Shown here in pieces: positions 25,929-37,160 of a stretch of 64,000 bases of DNA (the first letter of the stretch is position 1; each line of letters begins with the position of its first letter). The notes under the pieces were generated by a model that saw nothing but the letters and a program-made list of their open reading frames with translations, made no database searches and was not told where the DNA came from. The position numbers and the translations under genes were made by a program. Source of the stretch: Chrysomallon squamiferum (Eukaryota > Animalia > Mollusca); assembly GCA_012295275.1 (NCBI GenBank), contig CM022670.1, forward strand, positions 24,242,001 to 24,306,000. Direction: 5' to 3'.

Positions 25929-28555
25929 TCAGGGTCGATCTAGTTCATGAACAAACCGTTCCCAAAACTCATCCCTGTTTCCTTCGTGCTGAAACTCAAT
26001 GTATGATCCTGCTTCGATCATCTTACGTATTTTATGTGGAACTTTGCTGTATGGGAAATCCCCAGTATAAGAACAAGTAGATTATTTCGATGTGCGGATT
26101 CTGCAATAGCCATACTCATTTCGAACATACACCACTCACTTTCAAAGAAATGTTTCGATATAACAAGAACTGTTTTCCTGCTTTCTTTCACCGCTTTTAT
26201 TACACTTATTGCTATTGGTGTACATGGAATAAAATCTGTTTTAAGCAACATCAGTTTCATTCCTGCTTCTGTTGCAAGCCTTTCATACATTTCTTCTTCG
26301 ACTATTTCCTTATCCTCGTCGCTGTAGGAGATAAAGGCATCTTTGGGAAATTCTCCCTGACGAGATCTGTCGGGATGTTTTTCAAACCTATACTTAATGC
26401 CGTAGTACCAGTATCTCAGCTTCCAGCGGTGTTGGTACGCTAGACACGCAAAAAATACAATCCACAAAAAGGCAAACGCTAGAACAGTACCTTTTGCTAC
26501 AGCAACGTAGTTAAAACAGAAAGCCTCTAAGGATTCCACCACTGATTTAAGGTCAGCGAGGTGAACAGTGTGTCCTGATTCATTGAGACAATAGTACTTA
26601 TGCTTATTATCCAGGATCACAGGACTGGTCAGCATCCATTTCAGAAACCACAAATTTGGACATTCACACGAGATGGGATTGTGACTCAGATCTATCGCTA
26701 CTGAATGTTTATTTGCTTTTACTAGGCTGTCCAGTTCAGATGTTAATGTATCAGACAGCCATCTGATTCTGTTTCTTGATAAATCAATTTTACGCAAGTT
26801 TTTCATATGATTTACATGTATTGGTATATTATATAGATTATTCGACGACAGTATCAGAGATTCCAAATTTGAAAGTCCAGTGAAAATCTTTTCTGGTAAC
26901 TGGTCAAGAGCATTAAAAGAAAGGTCCATATACTGAAGAGAAGATAAGTGTTTGAATAAAACTCCATCGATGTCGTTCATTATTGGATTTTTTAACAGAT
27001 TATGTGATATATTTAATACAGTTAACGAGGGTAGGTTTTCAAAGAATTCCGAGTGAACTTGCAGAGCATCATTATGCGACAAATCCAGATTTGTAAGGTT
27101 GGACAAACCAGTAACTGGTCCCTTCCACAACGCCAGTAGATTGTACGAAACATTAATCGTCTTCAGCTCGTTCATTCCCAGAAGTAGTTCAGATATTTCA
27201 AATGCCAATTCTTGGTATGTGTATTTTAGTGTTTCCAGTTTAGGTGGTGGAAAAATAATGGGCTGACCGATAAAATTGGTTTGAGGATCAAACGGGTTGT
27301 TCTGTTCTTGGTTGAAGTCTTCTAACCATTCGTAATCAACGTCTTCCACTGCCTTTGAACAAATCTGATCTTCTTCGTCTATCTGGTCATGAAAGTTTGG
27401 TATAGGTATGTTGCGGGGTCCTGAAATACCACTGAGATCAATTTCAGTGAGATTTTGCAAAACGACTATTTGTTCAATGTATTTACCTATAGCAAACCAG
27501 CTATTTCTCAAAGTAACTTTACGCAGTGTCGGAGGGAAAAATCGCAATGCATTAACTTCGAATATTTGAATTCTATTTCCGTCGGCGTATATTTCTTCAA
27601 TTATCGTATTTCTCATATATTTCACGTTGTCTTTGGTGATATATACACAAACTTCGTGTTTTTCGACCACGTAACTAATGTTTAGGATGCGAAGTGAAGA
27701 GTTTTGCCAGCCGTACGAACCATTGAACAGCCTGTCCATCTTCAGACGTCTGTTGTAAGAGATATCAAGAACCTCAAGTGACGATTTAAGCGGGACAAAT
27801 GCTGCAGGCTCGATGTAGACGATGTTGCAATTTGATATATTCAGCAGCTTCACGTGGCTGATGTGAGTAAAAGTTGTGTTAAACAATGCTACAATATTGC
27901 TTTCTTCGTGTTCTCCCGCAAGACTCAGATGAGTTAGGGAAACGAGATTTGAAAATCCTTGTCCGAAACTTTGATTGGTCAAGCCATCAAGATGAAGCTG
28001 TTGCAAGGACACCAGATAGGACAATGCTTTGTCCGGATACTTCAAGTCTTTTCGTTGTCCTGTGTAAGCGTTCCCATTCAGATTTAAAGACTTTAATTTC
28101 CTCAGTGATTTAAAAATATCGGATTTAAAGACACTTTCAACATAAGGCAAAACATTCCTCTGCAAATTCAAGACTTCTAGTTTGTCCAAGTTGCGAAATG
28201 CCCGGACATCTATAACTGATATCTTGTTTGAATCCAAATTCAGTTCTAAAAGATTCGTGAAGTTGATAAAACAATCATTTTCCAGCTTGTCTAAGTGATT
28301 AAAATCCAGCAAAAGTACTGAAACGTTCTTGGCGATATGCAAGTTAGGTACAGACGTCAAATTTTTATTCGTGCACACAGCTACAATGGAGCCATTGTTT
28401 TCTCTGCACAAACAGGGAGCGCACGGATCATCAAGTTGTGAAGTCTCTTCAAACGCTGGTATGACTTGAACTTCTGACTTTGTCGAAATATTGACTGAAC
28501 GTACAGAGCAAGCCAACAAAAACACAAATACAGATACTCGAATGTCGTGAGCCAT
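25929..28555 (-). pseudogene. Toll-like receptor copy 2 with a 1-bp frameshift in the TIR (or a consensus error)
   Basis: 2627 bp versus 2628 bp for intact copies. The C-run at 26060-26063 has 4 C versus 5 in the other copies, giving a stop at 26018 and loss of the box-3 tail. Otherwise very close to copy 3. Confidence 0.85.
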
Positions 28556-28774
28556 TCCACTTTCTGCAAAAGTTAAAAGATGTAAAAAGGGTAATTGAAA
28601 TGAATTAAATAACAACAACAATAATAGAAAACAAAAGCTATTTTGTATTAGGCAGGTAGTGTATTGATAGCGGGTATTACACTGTATACACACGAACCTA
28701 CCCACCCACCCATTCATATAGATACACATATACAAACGCAACTACAAACATACAAACATTAGTCTATGTGGCTA

Positions 28775-29130
28775 ACTGGGATATTTCTAGCTGACTCTAG
28801 TTGTAAGTCGGTAAATATCGTGAATCCTAGTCCAAAGAGCTCGGGCATGGTAGAAGAAACATCTGGATTGCTTTCAACACTTTGTTGCAGAGTCGATGTG
28901 GAAAATCTCTGACTCCAAGTCAAAGTTGTTTCTTTCAGCTTTAGTCTTCAACAGTTGAAAGATACATTATGACTTGGACTTTGGCACGAAGAGTATTAGT
29001 ATATAAAGTGCCGTCAGCTTAGCTTAATTACTCAATGTTTTTAATGACAGCAAATATAAGAACGTTGTCTGTCTCTCCGCGTTAGCTTACAAAGATAGGT
29101 TACTTTCATCTGTAAATGACGAACAGACAC
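28775..29130 (-). mobile_element. Degenerate MULE transposase fragment, unit 2
   Basis: GETDNVLIFAVIKNIE*LS*ADGTLYT, then IFHIDSAT and CFFYHARALW. Confidence 0.58.
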
Positions 29131-29222
29131 AACTTAGGATCATTCACACTATCTAAAGATCATTAAAAAATCAGTTCAAGAGGGCAAAAAGTTAATATTC
29201 TCCTTTAGATCAAGTGTTGGAA

Positions 29223-29709
29223 TGTTGGACTTCAGAGATGACAAGTCATGGGGGTTCCCATAATGCAGACACCCCTGTTGATAGACAAAATTGTTTATTG
29301 TGTTATGTAATGTATCCTGTACAGCCCTTACTGCTTTACTGGTACTACTCCAGTCTGTTCAGCAAGCTACGCTGCAGTGGAACAGCAGTGTTAATCAGTT
29401 AGTTGACTGACTTTACCACAGTATTGTTTTATATTGCACCTTTTTAAAGTGTATTCTCATATCTACTGATTTCATACAAGCAACAGCAAGAGCCCAATTA
29501 TAATCTGGTAAATGCTGTTAATAAATCTACAAATAAATCTATAAATACATCTAATTTTATATAATTTTGTTCAGTATTGTGTTGTATCAGACTATTCCAT
29601 TATTTACTACATGTATTATTCAAAGTAGACGGCAGGTCGTTAGTAATGCGCTCAACCGTGTCTTGAGTTTGCACTGTGGGACGTCTGTCGTTCGGGAGGA
29701 CACCAGACA
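29223..29709. mobile_element. 487-bp LTR-like insertion, unit 2
   Basis: Near-identical to 22539-23025, same flanks. Confidence 0.5.
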
Positions 29710-29729
29710 TGGGAAATAGCTTCAACACA

Positions 29730-30030
29730 AATCTTTGTAATTAAATGTAGAGCGTTCTATTATCAGTTAATTAACTAAAGACAGAAACAAAGAAAAAACA
29801 TTACTTAATTACTTCGTTAAAATGCTTTAAAGGTTTCGATCTTTGATGTGTGGTAACGTGGGACAGCAAATACACAACTGGTTTTCACTCGTTACAAGAG
29901 TCGTCTTACTGCACAGTCGCAACGTCCTCTGAACGAGGAAAAAGAAAAAGAATGACTTTGTATAAAATCGATCACGTTAAAAAGAATATTTTTGAGAAAG
30001 GTAACTATTTAATTTCCTTGAATTCACCAA
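29730..30030 (-). promoter_or_regulatory. Putative first-exon module 2a
   Basis: Homologous to module 1a. Donor reads GTAATT; the GAGGAAGT motif is changed to GAGGACGT. Confidence 0.45.
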
Positions 30031-30086
30031 ATTAATAATAATAATAAGAATAATAATAAATAAAAATAAAATGTAATGACGGAGAA

Positions 30087-30299
30087 TCAGGGTCGATCTA
30101 GTTCATTAATAAATCGTTCCCAAAACTTATCCCTATTTCCTTCGTGCTGAAACTCAATATATGAGTCTGTTTCGATTATCTTACGTATTTTATGAAGATG
30201 TTTGCTTTCTTTCACCGCTTTTATTATACTTATTGTTACTGGAGTCCCTGCAATAAAATCTTTTCCATGCATTGTCAGTTTCTTTTCTACTTTTGTTAT
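30087..30299 (-). pseudogene. Collapsed TLR remnant 2 (TIR-only, 61-aa ORF)
   Basis: Same peptide as remnant 1. Confidence 0.88.
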
Positions 30300-30394
30300 A
30301 AAATGTTGGACTTAACAGATGATAAAACATGGCAAATAGCCTTATCCAGTAAACATTGCGGAAGTAAATTGTTTAATTTTTAAGGAAAAATTTT

Positions 30395-30700
30395 AACACA
30401 ATCTTTGTAATTAAAAGTCGAGCGTGTCTGTTATCAGTTAATTCAATAAAGACAGAAACAAAGAAAAAACATTACTTACTTCGTTAAAATGCTTTAAAGG
30501 TTTCGATCTTTGATGTGTGGTAACGTGGGACAGCAAATACACAACTGGTTTTCACTCGTTACAAGAGTCGTCATACTGTACAGTCGCAACGTCCTCTGAA
30601 CGAGGAAAAAAAACAAACAATACCTTTGTATAAAATCGATCACGTGAAAAAGAATCTTCAGGAAAAAGGTAACAATTTAACTTCCTGTAATTCACAAAAT
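30395..30700 (-). promoter_or_regulatory. Putative first-exon module 2b
   Basis: Homologous block with GTAAGT donor. Confidence 0.45.
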
Positions 30701-32060
30701 TTTACAAATAGATAAATAAATTTTAAGTATTATTTATACAAATTTATTGTCTTTGTTACATGTTAAAATACTCTTTTAAAATTTAATAATAATTTGTTTT
30801 GTTTTGTGTTTATAAAATCATTTCTTCCGAAAATACAATCGGTGCGGTCCGACTCATTTCTTTTATTTTTTTATTTATAATTAATCAAGGAAAATTACAT
30901 CAGAATAAAATATAATTTTTACAGAAAATTAAATGCCAGGTAATTTATTCTTGATTTATTTATTTACGCTGGTTCTAGATGCTAGTGGTCAGCCAGATGA
31001 ATTAGCTGCAAATCATAAATCAACGTCTGTCGAAATTAACACGTAATTACTATAACATTCTGTATCGCCTTATCACATTTACTCTGTAACAAGTGTGTGT
31101 TGCTTACTATCAGCAGAAAAGAAACCTTAATGTAATAAAAATAACAAAATTATCAAAACAAAAAAATAATAAAATAAGCTAAGCAAAAAATATTAAAAAT
31201 GAAAACTCCCCCAAAAAAATTTAGAAAGGGGGGAGAAAAAAGAAAATATTAAAGTAAGCAGTTATGATATGAACGAAATAAAAATAAAGAAACGTGGAAA
31301 AAGACTAAAATGATGTAGAGATAATAATAATTATCTTGTTCACAATATATGTCATGGAATTATCAAAGTACCGAAATAAGCTCGACTATTTTTGTTTCCT
31401 AATATTGTTTATCAATCATTCTTTTCAATTACTAAGGAAATATAAATAGAAGCAGTATTCGATCAAAATCTCAACGACATAAGAAAACACGGAAAAATAA
31501 TTGAAGCATTTATTTATCTAATTAACACTAGTTACATATCAATATTCAATAGTTACAACATGTTATAGGATCTAAATAAAATCAAAATCAAAACAAATGC
31601 AATTTTTTTTCTTTTTTCTTGACATATGACAACTCAGTATTGATAAACAAATGAAATGATAAAAGAAAACATTCCAAAATGGCGTATGTACAATTTTACA
31701 TTTAGGCTTCTTATTCAACACAAATGATTATAATTTAAAAAATAATCCCCAAAAATTAATACAAAAACTCACTTTAAAAACATCAGGTTATATTATTTTA
31801 TATAAAAACCCACAAAATCAAAACAAGTTTGATAAAAACAATGAAAATACACAGCATGTATTTAGGCTTTATAAACATGTTAAAATGTTTTACACTTTTA
31901 CCAAGGTTATATTATTTTACTTTTTAGTTCAATAAAAAATACACAGCATGTAGTCTTTATAAACATGTTAAACTGTTTTCTCTTTCCAAAACCAACAACC
32001 AAACACACACACATACCCCCCACACAAAAACACACAAAAACATTTACACACCTAAGCACG

Positions 32061-32099
<39 letters not shown>

Positions 32100-32376
32100 C
32101 TAATAACAAAATAATAATAATAATGGCTCAAGTTCCCGAAGTCGGCATGCCGAACCAAGTCAATTCCCATTCTGTAACATAGTGGATTAAGATATCCTGA
32201 CGGCGGTTTTACAAAGAACACCTGGCTGTGCAGTGCAGAACTATGTCTTGTGTTTGGACATATGTAGATATTATTATAGCGTTTTGCAATGTCAGTATGC
32301 CTGACAAAAGTTCAGGATCACCCCTTAGTTACACACACTCTGATGAAAAAGATGAATAGTATGTAATGACGGAGAA

Positions 32377-35004
32377 TCAGGGTCGATCTAGTTCATGAAC
32401 AAACCGTTCCCAAAACTCATCCCTGTTTCCTTCGTGCTGAAACTCAATGTATGATCCTGCTTCGATCATCTTACGTATTTTATGTGGAACTTTGCTGTAT
32501 GGGAAATCCCCCAGTATAAGAACAAGTAGATTATTTCGATGTGCGGATTCTGCAATAGCCATACTCATTTCGAACATACACCACTCACTTTCAAAGAAAT
32601 GTTTCGATATAACAAGAACTGTTTTCCTGCTTTCTTTCACCGCTTTTATTACACTTATTGCTATTGGTGTACATGGAATAAAATCTGTTTTAAGCAACAT
32701 CAGTTTCATTCCTGCTTCTGTTGCAAGCCTTTCATACATTTCTTCTTCGACTATTTCCTTATCCTCGTCGCTGTAGGAGATAAAGGCATCTTTGGGAAAT
32801 TCTCCCTGACGAGATCTGTCGGGATGTTTTTCAAACCTATACTTAATGCCGTAGTACCAGTATCTCAGCTTCCAGCGGTGTTGGTACGCTAGACACGCAA
32901 AAAATACAATCCACAAAAAGGCAAACGCTAGAACAGTACCTTTTGCTACAGCAACGTAGTTAAAACAGAAAGCCTCTAAGGATTCCACCACTGAATTAAG
33001 GTCAGCGAGGTGAACAGTGTGTCCTGATTCATTGAGACAATAGTACTTATGCTTATTATCCAGGATCACAGGACTGGTCAGCATCCATTTCAGAAACCAC
33101 AAATTTGGACATTCACACGAGATGGGATTGTCACTCAGATCTATCGCTACTGAATGTTTATTTGCTGTTACTAGGCTGTCCAGTTCAGATGTTAATGTAT
33201 CAGACAGCCATCTGATTCTGTTTCTTGATAAATCAATTTTACGCAAGTTTTTCATATGATTTACATGTATTGGTATATTATATAGATTATTCGACGACAG
33301 TATCAGAGATTCCAAATTTGAAAGTCCAGTGAAAATCTTTTCTGGTAACTGGTCAAGAGCATTAAAAGAAAGGTCCATATACTGAAGAGAAGATAAGTGT
33401 TTGAATAAAACTCCATCGATGTCGTTCATTATTGGATTTTTTAACAGATTATGTGATATATTTAATACAGTTAACGAGGGTAGGTTATCAAAGAATTCCG
33501 AGTGAACTTGCAGAGCATCATTGTTCGACAAATCCAGATTTGTAAGGTTGGACAAACCAGTAACTGGTCCCTTCCACGACGCCAGTAGATTGTACGAAAA
33601 ATTCATCGTCTTCAGCTCGTTCATTCCCAGAAGTAGTTCAGATATTTCAAATGCCAATTCTTGGTATGTGTATTTTAGTGTTTCCAGTTTAGGTGGTGGA
33701 AAAATAATGGGCTGACCGATAAAATTGGTTTGAGGATCAAACGGGTTGTTCTGTTCTTGGTTGAAGTCTTCTAACCATTCGTAATCAACGTCTTCCACTG
33801 CCTTTGAACAAATCTGATCTTCTTCGTCTATCTGGTCATGAAAGTTTGGTATAGGTATGTTGCGGGGTCCTGAAATACCACTGAGATCAATTTCAGTGAG
33901 ATTTTTAAAAACGACTATTTGTTCAATGTATTTACCTATAGCCAGCCAGCTATTTCTCAAAGTAACTTTACGCAGTGTCGGAGGGAAAAATCGCAATGCA
34001 TCAACTTCGAATATTTGAATTCTATTTCCGTCCGCGTATATTTCTTCAATTATCGTATTTCTCATATATTTCAGGTTGTCTTTGGTGATATATACACAAA
34101 CTTCGTGTTTTTCGACCACGTAACTAATGTTCAGGATGCGAAGTGAAGAGTTTTGCCAGCCGTACGAACCATTGAACAGCCTGTCCAGCTTCAGACGTCT
34201 GTTGTAAGAGATATCAAGAACCTCAAGTGACGATTTAAGCGGAACAAATGCTGCAGGCTCGATGTAGACGATGTTGCAATTTGATATATTCAGCAGCTTC
34301 ACGTGGCTGATGTGAGTAAAAGTTGTGTTAAGCAATGCTACAATATTGCTGTCTTCGTGTTCTCCCGCAAGACTCAGATGAGTTAGGGAAACGAGATTTG
34401 AAAATCCTTGTCCGAAACTTTGATTGGTCAAGCCATCAAGATGTAGCTGTTGCAAGGACACCAGATAGGACAATGCTTTGTCTGGATACTTCAAGTCTTT
34501 TCGTTGTCCTGTGTAAGCGTTCCCATTCAGATTTAAAGACTTTAATTTCCTCAGTGATTTAAAAATATCGGATTTAAAGACACTTTCAACATAAGGCAAA
34601 ACGTTCCTCTGCAAATTCAAGACTTCTAGTTTGTCCAGGTTGCGAAATGCCCGGACATCTATAACTGATATCTTGTTTGAATCCAAATTCAGTTCTAAAA
34701 GATTCGTGAAGTTGATAAAACAATCATTTTCCAGCTTGTCTAAGTGATTAAAATCCAGCAAAAGTACTGAAACGTTCTTGGCGATATGCAAGTTAGGTAC
34801 AGACGTCAAATTTTTATTCGTGCACACAGCTACAATGGAGCCATTGTTTTCTCTGCACAAACAGGGAGCGCACGGATCATCAAGTTGTGAAGTCTCTTCA
34901 AACGCTGGTATGACTTGAACTTCTGACTTTGTCGAAATATTGACTGAACGTACAGAGCAAGCCAACAAAAACACAAACACAGATACTCGAATGTCGTGAG
35001 CCAT
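32377..35004 (-). CDS. Toll-like receptor copy 3, intact, 875 aa, divergent TIR type (LLKTDFIPC)
   Basis: Same architecture as copy 1. ATG at 35004 follows a ttttgcag acceptor; 2628 bp open frame. Confidence 0.95.
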   Translation of the reverse strand: MAHDIRVSVFVFLLACSVRSVNISTKSEVQVIPAFEETSQLDDPCAPCLCRENNGSIVAVCTNKNLTSVPNLHIAKNVSVLLLDFNHLDKLENDCFINFTNLLELNLDSNKISVIDVRAFRNLDKLEVLNLQRNVLPYVESVFKSDIFKSLRKLKSLNLNGNAYTGQRKDLKYPDKALSYLVSLQQLHLDGLTNQSFGQGFSNLVSLTHLSLAGEHEDSNIVALLNTTFTHISHVKLLNISNCNIVYIEPAAFVPLKSSLEVLDISYNRRLKLDRLFNGSYGWQNSSLRILNISYVVEKHEVCVYITKDNLKYMRNTIIEEIYADGNRIQIFEVDALRFFPPTLRKVTLRNSWLAIGKYIEQIVVFKNLTEIDLSGISGPRNIPIPNFHDQIDEEDQICSKAVEDVDYEWLEDFNQEQNNPFDPQTNFIGQPIIFPPPKLETLKYTYQELAFEISELLLGMNELKTMNFSYNLLASWKGPVTGLSNLTNLDLSNNDALQVHSEFFDNLPSLTVLNISHNLLKNPIMNDIDGVLFKHLSSLQYMDLSFNALDQLPEKIFTGLSNLESLILSSNNLYNIPIHVNHMKNLRKIDLSRNRIRWLSDTLTSELDSLVTANKHSVAIDLSDNPISCECPNLWFLKWMLTSPVILDNKHKYYCLNESGHTVHLADLNSVVESLEAFCFNYVAVAKGTVLAFAFLWIVFFACLAYQHRWKLRYWYYGIKYRFEKHPDRSRQGEFPKDAFISYSDEDKEIVEEEMYERLATEAGMKLMLLKTDFIPCTPIAISVIKAVKESRKTVLVISKHFFESEWCMFEMSMAIAESAHRNNLLVLILGDFPYSKVPHKIRKMIEAGSYIEFQHEGNRDEFWERFVHELDRP

Positions 35005-35224
35005 TCCACTTTCTGCAAAAGTTAAAAGATGTAAAAAGGGTAATTGAAATGAATTAAATAACAACAACAATAATAGAAAACAAAAGCTATTTTGTATTAG
35101 GCAGGTAGTGTATTGATAGCGGGTATTACACTGTATACACACGAACCCACCCACCCATTCATATAGATACACATATACAAACGCAACTACAAACATACAA
35201 ACATTAGTCTATGTGGCTAACTGG

Positions 35225-35570
35225 GATATTTCTAGCTGACTCTAGTTGTAAGTCGGTAAATATCGTGAATCCTAGTCCAAAGAGCTCGGGCATGGTAGAA
35301 GAAACATCTGGATTCCTTTCAACACTTTGTTGCAGAGTCGATGTGGAAAATCTCTGACTCCAAGTCAAAGTTGTTTCTTTCAGCTTTAGTCTTCAACAGT
35401 TGAAAGATACATTATGACTTGGACTTTGGCACGAAGAGTATTAGTATATAAAGTGCCGTCAGCTTAGCTTAATTACTCAATGTTTTTAATGACAGCAAAT
35501 ATAAGAACGTTGTCTGTCTCTCCGCGTTAGCTTACAAAGATAGGTTACTTTCATCTGTAAATGACGAACA
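35225..35570 (-). mobile_element. Degenerate MULE transposase fragment, unit 3
   Basis: Near-identical to the unit-2 fragment. Confidence 0.58.
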
Positions 35571-35667
35571 GACACAACTTAGGATCATTCACACTATCTA
35601 AAGATCATTAAAAAATCAGTTCAAGAGGGCAAAAAGTTAATATTCTCCTTTAGATCAAGTGTTGGAA

Positions 35668-36155
35668 TGTTGGACTTCAGAGATGACAAGTCATGGGGGG
35701 TTCCCATAATGCAGACACCCCTGTTGATAGACAAAATTGTTTATTGTGTTATGTAATGTATCCTGTACAGCCCTTACTGCTTTACTGGTACTACTCCAGT
35801 CTGTTCAGCAAGCTACGCTGCAGTGGAACAGCAGTGTTAATCAGTTAGTTGACTGACTTTACCACAGTGTTGTTTTATATTACACCTTTTTAAAGTGTAT
35901 TCTCATATCTACTGATTTCATACAAGCAACAGCAAGAGCCCAATTATAATCTGGTAAATGCTGTTAATAAATCTACAAATAAATCTATAAATAAATCTAA
36001 TTTTATATAATTTTGTTCAGTATTGTGTTGTATCAGACTATTCCATTGTTTACTACATGTATTATTCAAGGTAGACGGCAGGTCGTTAGTAATGCGCTCA
36101 ACCGTGTCTTGAGTTTGCACTGTGGGACGTCTGTCGTTCGGGAGGACACCAGACA
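35668..36155. mobile_element. 488-bp LTR-like insertion, unit 3
   Basis: Near-identical to units 1 and 2, with one extra G in the G-run. Confidence 0.5.
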
Positions 36156-36174
36156 TGGGAAATAGCTTCAACAC

Positions 36175-36490
36175 AAATCTTTGTAATTAAATGTAGAGCG
36201 TTCTATTATCAGTTAATTAACTAAAGACAGAAACAAAGAAAAAACATTACTTAATTACTTCGTTAAAATGCTTTAAAGGTTTCGATCTTTGATGTGTGGT
36301 AACGTGGGACAGCAAATACACAACTCCTAGTGTTTCCAGGTCACTCGATACAAGAGTCGTCTTACTGCACAGTCGCAACGTCCTCTGAACGAGGAAAAAG
36401 AAAAAGAATGACTTTGTATAAAATCGATCACGTTAAAAAGAATATTTTTGAGAAAGGTAACTATTTAATTTCCTTGAATTCACCAAATTA
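36175..36490 (-). promoter_or_regulatory. Putative first-exon module 3a
   Basis: Homologous to modules 1a and 2a. Confidence 0.45.
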
Positions 36491-36542
36491 ATAATAATAA
36501 TAAGAATAATAATAAATAAAAATAAAATGTAATGACGGAGAA

Positions 36543-36755
36543 TCAGGGTCGATCTAGTTCATTAATAAATCGTTCCCAAAACTTATCCCTATTTCCTTCG
36601 TGCTGAAACTCAATATATGAGTCTGTTTCGATTATCTTACGTATTTTATGAAGATGTTTGCTTTCTTTCACCGCTTTTATTATACTTATTGTTACTGGAG
36701 TCCATGCAATAAAATCTTTTCCATGCATTGTCAGTTTCTTTTCTACTTGTGTTAT
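36543..36755 (-). pseudogene. Collapsed TLR remnant 3 (TIR-only, 61-aa ORF, DFIAW)
   Basis: As remnants 1 and 2 but with G>W after the BB-loop Ala. Confidence 0.88.
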
Positions 36756-36849
36756 AAAATGTTGGACTTAACAGATAATAAAACATGGCAAATAGCCTGA
36801 TCCAGTAAACATTGCGGAAGTAAATTGTTTAATTTTTAAGGAAAATTTT

Positions 36850-37160
36850 TAACACAATCTTTGTAATTAAAAGTCGAGCGTGTCTGTTATCAATTAATTC
36901 ACTGAAGACAGAAACAAAGAAAAAACATTACTTACTTCGTTAAAATGCTTTAAAGGTTTCGATCTTTGATGTGTGGTAACGTGGGACAGCAAATACACAA
37001 CTGGTTTTCACTCGATACAAGAGTCGTCATACTGCACAGTCGCAACGTCCTCTGAACGAGGAAAAAAAAAAAACAATACCTTTGTATAAAATCGATCACG
37101 TGAAAAAGAATCTTCAGGAAAAAGGTAACAATTTAACTTCCTGTAATTCACAAAATTTTA
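36850..37160 (-). promoter_or_regulatory. Putative first-exon module 3b
   Basis: Homologous block with GTAAGT donor. Confidence 0.45.
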
